In this document: piece by piece, positions 9,434 to 17,027 of the stretch
Layout of the letters: each line of letters starts with the position of its first letter
Position numbering within the stretch: the first letter of the stretch is position 1
Assembly: GCA_903933385.1 (NCBI GenBank)
Contig: CAIZJW010000129.1
Location: 22,207-86,206, forward strand
Origin: an uncultured Silvanigrella sp.
GTDB taxonomy: Bacteria > Bdellovibrionota_B > Oligoflexia > Silvanigrellales > Silvanigrellaceae
Reading direction: 5' to 3'
Length of the DNA stretch: 64,000 nucleotides
The notes under the pieces: generated by a model
Databases searched by the model: none
The model's input: only the letters and a program-made list of their open reading frames with translations
Told to the model about the DNA's origin: nothing
Program-made: the position numbers and the translations under genes

Positions 9434-9462
9434 CCACTGTGACTCTGGAAGGGGGAATTCAC

Positions 9463-9948
9463 GTGGAACGTCCGATACGTAGAACTGCCGAGGAAGGTCG
9501 CTATCTGAGCTTTCAGTTAGCCAGTGAAACCTATGCAGTCCCCATTAAGTCTGTTTCGGAAATCATTGGGCTCAGTGATATCACCCACGTGCCAAACATG
9601 CCCGAATACATGAAGGGAATAATAAATCTGCGCGGTCGGGTGCTCCCAGTCATGGATCTGCGCAAGAAGTTTTCACTTCAAATTACAGAGTACAATCGTG
9701 AAACGTGCATCATAATTGTGGAGATTTGGTCTCGCAAAGTTGGATTGATTGTCGATACAGTTCGTGAGGTTCTCGATTTTCGCAACAACCAAATTGAAGC
9801 AGCACCTGACATAGGCGGTCAGACACACAATCAATGTTTGATTGGAATTGGTAAGCTCACGGATCGCGTTGTTATATTGGTTGAACCCAGTTTGATTCTT
9901 GGGCCGGAAGAACTCGCGGGGCACGCTGGCCTTGCATCCGTAGCGTAA
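9463..9948 (+). CDS. cheW: Chemotaxis coupling protein CheW (second copy, divergent from cheR)
   Basis: CheW domain: RYLSFQLASETYAVPIKSVSEIIGLSDITHVPNMPEYMKGIINLRGRVLPVMDLRKKF. Start set to in-frame GTG 9463, preceded by GGAAGGGGG at 9447-9455. The track's 9280 start would overlap cheR on the opposite strand. Confidence 0.8.
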   Translation: MERPIRRTAEEGRYLSFQLASETYAVPIKSVSEIIGLSDITHVPNMPEYMKGIINLRGRVLPVMDLRKKFSLQITEYNRETCIIIVEIWSRKVGLIVDTVREVLDFRNNQIEAAPDIGGQTHNQCLIGIGKLTDRVVILVEPSLILGPEELAGHAGLASVA

Positions 9949-10017
9949 TAATAACGTTTTCTCACGAAGAAGAAGCCAACCTAATCAAACGCAATCATGA
10001 TTCAACACATAAAGAAG

Positions 10018-10647
10018 CTAAAAACCAAATAAGCTCACGCCCATCCCAACGAACGCGGAAACATCCTGATTCCAGGCAACGTTACCATCGCTTCGAAAAG
10101 AGAATTTTCTGTAGGTTGCACCCACTTCGAAAATGAAGCCAGCTCTTGTCACAACCTGGATGCGACTTTGCGCAGGAAAGGCTGTGTACATTTGGTAGTT
10201 ATTGGCATTGTGTCGAAGGTAAATCGCTGAAATTCCTGCAGCAAAACAGGGTCGAATGTAAGCATAAGAGAAGAAACATGCGTCATAAAGAAACATTGGC
10301 TCGAGCAACTGATAAGGAGCCTTTGCAAGCAAAGGGAATTTCAAATTTTCTTTGCTGAGTGTATAAAAAGTTGAGTGACTCACGGAAATCACATTAGAAA
10401 CTTCAAGCCCTGCCCCCTCAGATTCACTTGCAAATGCCCTTGCAACGCTGAGAGTATAGGTTGGGTAGCGGACGTCACGGGAGAGATTTCCCTTGTTGAT
10501 AGACGTTCCACCTCGATTCACGATCGAGATTGCTCCCTTTTCTGCGCGCGCATAAGAGCTTATAAATAAGGAAAAAACGACCTTAACTGCCAACAACTTT
10601 GGCAGCTTTAGGTGTCCACTCAGCGCTGTGCGAATGTCTAAACGCAT
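10018..10647 (-). CDS. Outer-membrane beta-barrel-like protein, function unknown
   Basis: From ATG 10647 the N-terminus is MRLDIRTALSGHLKLPKLLAVKVVFSLFISSYARA (signal peptide). Amphipathic strand pattern, and the C-terminus ..GMGVSLFGF ends in Phe, as in an OMP beta-signal. Confidence 0.55.
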   Translation of the reverse strand: MRLDIRTALSGHLKLPKLLAVKVVFSLFISSYARAEKGAISIVNRGGTSINKGNLSRDVRYPTYTLSVARAFASESEGAGLEVSNVISVSHSTFYTLSKENLKFPLLAKAPYQLLEPMFLYDACFFSYAYIRPCFAAGISAIYLRHNANNYQMYTAFPAQSRIQVVTRAGFIFEVGATYRKFSFRSDGNVAWNQDVSAFVGMGVSLFGF

Positions 10648-10859
10648 CGTTTCTTTCGCCCTTTCTCCATTGTTTTCGGAGTTTTGCTTGGACATATTAA
10701 CCAGCGCCGTTCGAAATGATGGCTGCACTCGGCAATATTTAGCGACGTATTATCCACCTTAAACAAGGAAAACGCGCCGGAAATATGCCACCTGAGCGGT
10801 TAATGCATCAACTAGTTGGGCAGTTTTTCCGATGTAATTTCAGAAGGGTATCGGAGTCG

Positions 10860-13800
10860 ATGGTGATGGTTCAATCACGCCTTAAAATCGTTTGCGCACT
10901 TATGTTCGTCCTGCTTCTTGGGGCGTGCTTTCGTGCTGCGCCTCCGCTCGAAGATGATGAACCTGAATTTGCCACCGAGACCATAAGTTCAGATCCCGGA
11001 GCGCCGACACCGACACCCGTTGATGCGCCGAATGCTCCAAATAATTCGCCACTCATCATGCAGCTTTCTAACCTTACAATTGATGAACTCACTTCGTTTC
11101 CAGCAATGAGTTTTCGTATCTTTGATTTTGATGACGAAGTTATGTGTAAGAGCGTTGTTCCAGTGAGCGACAATTTATCGGCAATCATGACAACAAGCAC
11201 GGCGACACAAAATCAAACCTCCATGACTTATGGTGACATCACAATCACAGGTGGCGATACAACACGCTGCGGAATAGCGATCACGACGCGCTACGCCACC
11301 TTGAATCCAGTGAAAATAACGCTATTTCTGAGCGACCAAACGGGAACAAGTAAGTCTTATTTCAGCGTTCAGGTCACATCTACAAACGGCGCACCGAAGA
11401 TTGCCGCAGCCGGACAAGATTCAATTGGCGTCAATGAAGATCAAAGCCCCGGACAAAATATCCTGCTGCCGCAGTTCACAGATGACACTCCGCGCGGCTC
11501 TCCGGCTCAAATGAGTTTTCAGATCGTAAATCATCCATTGAAAGGCACCCTTGGAAACTGGCCTTCTGATCCGGGTGCCGGTGGAGTAAGTGTAAGTTAT
11601 CTGCCAGTTGCGAACGAAAATGGACAAGACACCTTCAGCTATAAAGTTTGTGACAACGACCCAGGAATTGTCAGATGTTCAGACGTGCAGACAATCGCTG
11701 TTTCCATATCTGCACAGAATGATGCTCCGTCGCTTGATCCAATATCCACCCAGAATACGACAGAAGCCGCGCCCGTTCTAGTGAACTTTATTGCGAGGGA
11801 TGTGGATGGTCCACTGCAATGCAACTCTACATATTTGAGCTATTCTTCGAGCGATCCCGTGTTGGTTCCAAATTCCGGAGCCGTGAGCTTTGGCGGGAGC
11901 TGGCCCAATTGCACGGCCACAATATCTCCAGCACTCAACAAAAGTGGTTTTTCGAATTTAACATTAACTCTTTCGGACGGAAGCTTAAGTGGCTCGCAAT
12001 CGTTTCAATTGAATGTCTCAGGAGTCAATCATGCCCCAACAATGGGCGCCATCAGTGCACAAAGCGTCACTGAAGACACACCATTTCAGGTGAACTTTAC
12101 AGTTGATGATCAGGATGGAACCTATATCTGCAATTCAACTTATTTGTCTTATTCTTCTGGAACGACGTCAAAGATTGCTTCTTCTGGGGCTGTTGCGTGG
12201 AGTGGAACTTGGCCCAATTGCACTGCGACGGTGTCTCCCCTGGCAAATCAAACCGGAAGTGTAAACTTAACTTTCACAGTGACAGACGTGGGCGGACTTT
12301 CTGCGTCTCGAACATTCGCAACAACCTTGAATAACGTTAACGACATCCCGTCGGGAGCGCTTACATGTGAAGGAAGTTCATCTGCCAACGTCATTCGCGC
12401 AGGCAAATCTGGTTCATGGAACATTTCGTGTAATGGTGTGACGGACGTCGATGGCGATACGTTGAGCTACATCATGGATTTCGACTCTTCATCGCATTTA
12501 TCAGGGGTTACGTGCGCTTCAAATCTTACAGCAAGCTCGGGAACATTCAGTGGAAGCTATGCAACTTCTCCCAACTACGGAACATGCAGGTATAAGATTA
12601 AGGCTTGCGATCCCAGCGGGGCGTGTACTCCAATGACGAGTTACTATGCTGAAATTACGCATTTCCAGCTCGCAATTTCTCCAGTCACTAAGCCCACACT
12701 GAGTGACAGTTGTGTGCTTTCAAGCAGTGCAACATTCTCTTTTTCGGGAAATATAAGCAATTTAAATTACAGCGCTCTAACAAATATGTCAGGCACCACA
12801 GCGCAAACCGGCGCAACCGTGACTTCACCTTTTATCTTTTCCAACATAGCTTCTCCGTCGTATCTAATTGCGACTCCTCCAGTCAAAGACTCAAGTCAAA
12901 CGTCTGCTTCTGCATCCTTTCAATTCACAGGTGGTTCTTTTCTTGCAGGAATCAGTGGCAATTCGAATATTTCAACAACTGCAACGCAATCATCGAGCTA
13001 TCTAGTGAATCGAGTTCTTGAACAAATTAAGCTCAGAACTCTCAGTGATTACTCGAATACTATTTCTGAAAACAGCGTGAACCTCGATGGCTACCAGCCC
13101 GGTTATGAAACGACCTCAAACGTTTGCCGCCAATGCACAACTGGAAATTTGGCATCACTTTCGGCCGCCAAAAATCATTCGTGTTTGATCGACGTCTCTA
13201 CCTTAAAATGCTGGGGCAACAACGCAAATTCGAAACTCGGAAACGGTAATACCACTCAGTACACATTTCCTCAGTCAATTACGATTTCTTCTTTCACACC
13301 TCTTCAGGTTGCTGCAGGCTCCGATTTCACCTGCGCCTTGGGAACAGTCTCTTCAAACAAGGAAATTCGCTGCGCTGGCAATAATTCGGTTGGACAATTG
13401 GGCCGTTCAACTGGTGCCACCAACACATATTCAACTACTATCAATTTCTCTGGTCGAACACCTGTGGCAGTGAGTGTATCAAAATTTGGGCAGTTCGGAT
13501 GCGCGATTTTGAACGACTCTGGAGCAGGGACTGCGGGACACGTTCATTGTTGGGGTGGCAATACGTCTGGGCAGCTCGGAAACGGATCAACAACAACTCC
13601 CGCGCCCACAGGGAGTGTTGCGACTGTTTCTTCGGGTGCATTTGTCGGCGGCAACAAAAATATTTTCGCACTTGGCGTTGGATATGAGCATGCGTGTGCC
13701 ATTCAGAATCAAAGCTCGAGTGTCAATGCGGTGTATTGCTGGGGCAATGGGAGCGAAGGAAAGTTAGGGAACAATTCATCTGGCAATAGCACAACTCCGG

Positions 13801-14420
13801 TGGCAGTCGAGAGTTCTCAATTGAGCACAAATGTTTTGCAAGTTGTGGCGGGATATTCCCACACGTGCGCTTTGCGTTCCGGTGGAGATGTTTACTGCTG
13901 GGGAGATAACTCATTGGGTCAGCTTGGCATTGGCTCAACGACCTCAAGCCAAGCCCCCGCTCAAGTGACCGGACTCCCATCACCCGCCGTTCAATTGACT
14001 GCAGGTTCTAATCACACCTGTGCGCTCTTGAACGACTATAGCGTGCATTGCTGGGGTTGGGGAACCTCGGGCCAACTTGGTGTGGGGAGTGTCACAGCAA
14101 CTGATGGATCAGCCGACGATTGCAACCCAGCCAGTGGTGCAGTGAATGTTATTTTCTGCAAAAAATCGCCAACAGGCATCACATTTCCTTCCACCGCGAC
14201 TGTGGTTTCCATTTCGGCCGGAGAGTTTCACACGTGTGCAATGAGCATTGAAGGCACAAGCTATTGCTGGGGCGACAACTCCTCTGGTCAACTTGGAACC
14301 TCCAGCAATCAACAAGTTTCAACACCCGCCTATATTTGTAGTAACTCAAGCAGATGCGCGAACACTCCAACTCTCACCACACCACGCCCCAAGATGTGCA
14401 GCAAATACGTTATCCCCTAA
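10860..14420 (+). CDS. Large surface lipoprotein: cadherin-like/Ig-like tandem modules followed by a 7-repeat RCC1 beta-propeller
   Basis: Signal peptide plus lipobox (..CALMFVLLLGAC) after ATG 10860/10866 (GGAG at 10853). Modules are bounded by NGAP/NDAP/NHAP/NDIP motifs. Seven RCC1-type repeats: CWGNNANSKLGNG, CAGNNSVGQLGRS, CWGGNTSGQLGNG, CWGNGSEGKLGNN, CWGDNSLGQLGIG, CWGWGTSGQLGVG, CWGDNSSGQLGTS (about 13170-14340). Confidence 0.8.
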   Translation: MVMVQSRLKIVCALMFVLLLGACFRAAPPLEDDEPEFATETISSDPGAPTPTPVDAPNAPNNSPLIMQLSNLTIDELTSFPAMSFRIFDFDDEVMCKSVVPVSDNLSAIMTTSTATQNQTSMTYGDITITGGDTTRCGIAITTRYATLNPVKITLFLSDQTGTSKSYFSVQVTSTNGAPKIAAAGQDSIGVNEDQSPGQNILLPQFTDDTPRGSPAQMSFQIVNHPLKGTLGNWPSDPGAGGVSVSYLPVANENGQDTFSYKVCDNDPGIVRCSDVQTIAVSISAQNDAPSLDPISTQNTTEAAPVLVNFIARDVDGPLQCNSTYLSYSSSDPVLVPNSGAVSFGGSWPNCTATISPALNKSGFSNLTLTLSDGSLSGSQSFQLNVSGVNHAPTMGAISAQSVTEDTPFQVNFTVDDQDGTYICNSTYLSYSSGTTSKIASSGAVAWSGTWPNCTATVSPLANQTGSVNLTFTVTDVGGLSASRTFATTLNNVNDIPSGALTCEGSSSANVIRAGKSGSWNISCNGVTDVDGDTLSYIMDFDSSSHLSGVTCASNLTASSGTFSGSYATSPNYGTCRYKIKACDPSGACTPMTSYYAEITHFQLAISPVTKPTLSDSCVLSSSATFSFSGNISNLNYSALTNMSGTTAQTGATVTSPFIFSNIASPSYLIATPPVKDSSQTSASASFQFTGGSFLAGISGNSNISTTATQSSSYLVNRVLEQIKLRTLSDYSNTISENSVNLDGYQPGYETTSNVCRQCTTGNLASLSAAKNHSCLIDVSTLKCWGNNANSKLGNGNTTQYTFPQSITISSFTPLQVAAGSDFTCALGTVSSNKEIRCAGNNSVGQLGRSTGATNTYSTTINFSGRTPVAVSVSKFGQFGCAILNDSGAGTAGHVHCWGGNTSGQLGNGSTTTPAPTGSVATVSSGAFVGGNKNIFALGVGYEHACAIQNQSSSVNAVYCWGNGSEGKLGNNSSGNSTTPVAVESSQLSTNVLQVVAGYSHTCALRSGGDVYCWGDNSLGQLGIGSTTSSQAPAQVTGLPSPAVQLTAGSNHTCALLNDYSVHCWGWGTSGQLGVGSVTATDGSADDCNPASGAVNVIFCKKSPTGITFPSTATVVSISAGEFHTCAMSIEGTSYCWGDNSSGQLGTSSNQQVSTPAYICSNSSRCANTPTLTTPRPKMCSKYVIP
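11718..12338 (+). repeat. Two tandem in-frame modules of about 310 bp (103-104 aa) inside the large lipoprotein gene
   Basis: Module 1 (11718-12026): NDAPSLDPISTQNTTEAAPVLVNFIARDVDGPLQCNSTYLSYSSSDP..SWPNCTATISP... Module 2 (12027-12338): NHAPTMGAISAQSVTEDTPFQVNFTVDDQDGTYICNSTYLSYSSGTT..TWPNCTATVSP... The similarity is clear at both protein and DNA level. Confidence 0.85.
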
Positions 14421-14496
14421 TTTTCGCAATCCGCTCGACTTTGCCCAGCGTATAAAAAAAGCTAAAGTGATTGCTCAGAATTGGAGACTTTCACTC

Positions 14497-15591
14497 ATGC
14501 TGCACAAGTTCGAATGGCGCAAACCCGACGGCCGCTCGTGGATTCAATACAGCCGCACGCCCTTCCCAGAGAACTTCACCCCAATAGCACCCGGACTCGT
14601 GCGCCCAGAGACATGGACCCCGCCACATTTGCGCTGGAATGCAATGCGCGGGGAATATGTGAGCATCTCTGCAAGCCGCCAAGACAGACCCTTTTTGCCA
14701 CCGCGCGAGTACTGTCCATTGTGTCCTTCAACACCTCTCCCCGATGGCTCTCGCCTTGATACAGAGGTTCCGCAAAGTAACGCTTTGTATGAGTGGGCTG
14801 TATTTGAAAATATGTTTCCTGGTCTTTCGCCAGCCGGCGAGCCCCCTACAGGCAAGTGTGAAGTTATTCTGTATTCACCTCGCCACGACTCAACTCTGGC
14901 AAGAGAGCCACTCTCACAAATTGAAGGGCTGGTTCAGGTTTGGCAAGACCGTTGTAAACACATAGCTCTTGATCCAAATATTGAATTTATCTTTCCGTTC
15001 GAAAACAAGGGCACGGAAATTGGTGTCACTCTGCATCACCCGCACGGGCAAATTTATGCGTTCAACCATCTTCCGCCGTTTATAAAAGCGGAACACACCA
15101 TGGCAGCGGAACATTTTCAAAAGACGGCCGAATGTCTCATTTGTTCCATGACTCGAGAAGAACTCACAGAAAAAAAACGGATTGTCTTTGAAGGCAAAGA
15201 GATTGTCGCATTCATTCCTTTTGCCGCGCGCTATCCTTACGAGATTCATATCACAACACGCACCCACAGGCCTCTTATTCAGCAACTGACGGCTTCTGAA
15301 AGTTGCGAACTGGCTGTTGCCCTCAAAACTATTCTCATGAAGTACGATGCTCTGTTCGGATTTCCGATGCCCTATATCCTGGCGCACCATCAAGCTGCCG
15401 CCCATGATGTCGATTGCCCCCACTACCACTGGCACATCGAAATCTATCCCCCTTACAGAACCGCACAGAAACTGAAATATTTGGCTGGAGTTGAGAGCGG
15501 AACGGGGTTCTTTATCAACGACACTTTTCCAGAAGAGAAGGCTGCCGAATTGAGAAAAATTGAAGTCGACATAGGCTCATTTACCCACTGA
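14497..15591 (+). CDS. galT: Galactose-1-phosphate uridylyltransferase
   Basis: Active-site HPHGQIYAF and the zinc motif YCPLCPS. Start moved to ATG 14497 (GGAG at 14483). The track's 14248 start overlaps the preceding gene. Confidence 0.9.
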   Translation: MLHKFEWRKPDGRSWIQYSRTPFPENFTPIAPGLVRPETWTPPHLRWNAMRGEYVSISASRQDRPFLPPREYCPLCPSTPLPDGSRLDTEVPQSNALYEWAVFENMFPGLSPAGEPPTGKCEVILYSPRHDSTLAREPLSQIEGLVQVWQDRCKHIALDPNIEFIFPFENKGTEIGVTLHHPHGQIYAFNHLPPFIKAEHTMAAEHFQKTAECLICSMTREELTEKKRIVFEGKEIVAFIPFAARYPYEIHITTRTHRPLIQQLTASESCELAVALKTILMKYDALFGFPMPYILAHHQAAAHDVDCPHYHWHIEIYPPYRTAQKLKYLAGVESGTGFFINDTFPEEKAAELRKIEVDIGSFTH

Positions 15592-15621
15592 ATCAGAACC
15601 CAAGACAAAGGATTGTCTCAG

Positions 15622-17010
15622 ATGCAAATCTCAAGCGGCGTTCATCCATTACCAAGCGATCCTGGCTCAACTTTGCAAAAACTAGTGAGTTTCACACCGG
15701 GCCGGGTCAACCTTATTGGTGAGCATACCGACTACAACGGCGGGATGGTCATGCCTGCGGCATTAGATCTTGGTCTGCGCTGCGAAATGAAGGTTCTTAA
15801 TTCATCTGAGGGCATGATTTTTTGTGCCTCGCGCACCTCGAACGAAACTCTTGAAATCTCGGCGGCAGAAACTTCAGAGCTTGCCAATATCGCCTTGAAA
15901 TCAGGATTGGAGAAAAGCGAAACGATCCCCCTTCAAGGTGTCAGCAAAGGGCACTGGACACGATACGTTATTGGCTGCTTTGCTCTTTACGAAGCGGCTC
16001 TTCTTGGCAGGCAGATTTCAAAAATGCCATGGTCTGAAAAAACTCTCAGCCTAATCCTGGAATCAACCCTCCCACAGGGCGCAGGCCTGAGCAGCTCGGC
16101 AGCGCTTTGTATTTCACTCCTAGGTCAACTCAATTTTTTAAGTGGCGCCCCCCTTGATGCTGGGACACTGGCACGTTTGGCAATGCTTGTAGAACATCGC
16201 TTTGCTGGCACTCACTGTGGACTCATGGATCAGCTTGCAGTTTTATGCTCTCGTGCTGATCACTACACCCGAATCGATTTTTTGGAGTTTCCGGTTTCCA
16301 AGAGCTTCCATATTTCATACGCAAAGGCGCATGAAGCGTTTCACAATCACGCGCTTGTTATTTTCAAAACTGGAGTCAGCCACTCACTTGCAGAAAGCGC
16401 TTACAACGAACGTCGGGCATCATGCGAAGCTGCTCTGCAGGAAATGAACAAAGCACTCGGCCTCGGCGCCCACTCTCTAGGCGAACTTGCGCGATTGCCT
16501 CGTTTTAAAGGAATTCCCTCAAACAGCGAATATTTGAACCTGGTTGAATCTCTGCTTTCAGGTCATCGCGAGCACAAAATTCTTGCGCGCCGCGCAACTC
16601 ATGCAATGCTCGAAAATGCTCGCGTTGTTGATGCCGCAAAGGCGCTTTCGGCTGGCGATCTTAATTCTCTCAATCGAGTGATGCGCGAGAGTCATTACTC
16701 ACTCGACAGCCTTTATGAGGTGAGTTGCCCCGAACTCAATTTAGCTTGTCAGAGCATGGAGAGTGTTGTTCGCGACCTTTGCTTATCTCATTCCACATTA
16801 GGCGACACAGCGCTCATTGGCCCGCGCATGACTGGAGGAGGCTTTGGTGGCAGCACAGTGCAGCTCGTGCATCGAAATCTTTGCGATGGGCTGCTTGAAC
16901 GATTCTCGGACACGGCGAATCCCTACACCAAATCGACCGGCATACTGCCAGAAATCTTCATCACTCGCCCATGCTCTGGCTTCGCAGCGGGTCTTGAAAA
17001 CATCGAGTGA
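15622..17010 (+). CDS. galK: Galactokinase (longer than the E. coli enzyme)
   Basis: GHMP kinase/galactokinase signatures GRVNLIGEHTDYNGG, PQGAGLSSSAA and TGGGFGGS. Start at ATG 15622, preceded by AAAGGA. Confidence 0.9.
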   Translation: MQISSGVHPLPSDPGSTLQKLVSFTPGRVNLIGEHTDYNGGMVMPAALDLGLRCEMKVLNSSEGMIFCASRTSNETLEISAAETSELANIALKSGLEKSETIPLQGVSKGHWTRYVIGCFALYEAALLGRQISKMPWSEKTLSLILESTLPQGAGLSSSAALCISLLGQLNFLSGAPLDAGTLARLAMLVEHRFAGTHCGLMDQLAVLCSRADHYTRIDFLEFPVSKSFHISYAKAHEAFHNHALVIFKTGVSHSLAESAYNERRASCEAALQEMNKALGLGAHSLGELARLPRFKGIPSNSEYLNLVESLLSGHREHKILARRATHAMLENARVVDAAKALSAGDLNSLNRVMRESHYSLDSLYEVSCPELNLACQSMESVVRDLCLSHSTLGDTALIGPRMTGGGFGGSTVQLVHRNLCDGLLERFSDTANPYTKSTGILPEIFITRPCSGFAAGLENIE

Positions 17011-17027
17011 CAACGAAAGGTATAAAA

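Noticed and set aside
9280-9462. N-terminal 61-aa extension of the second cheW in the ORF track. Similar longest-ORF extensions occur for galT (14248-14496), the LysM gene (47010-47219), htpG (41865-41921), fabZ, bamA, DUF2058 and others.
   Set aside because: The extensions overlap neighbouring genes, lack homology to the family N-termini, and are followed by in-frame starts with good Shine-Dalgarno sites. I trimmed the starts accordingly.
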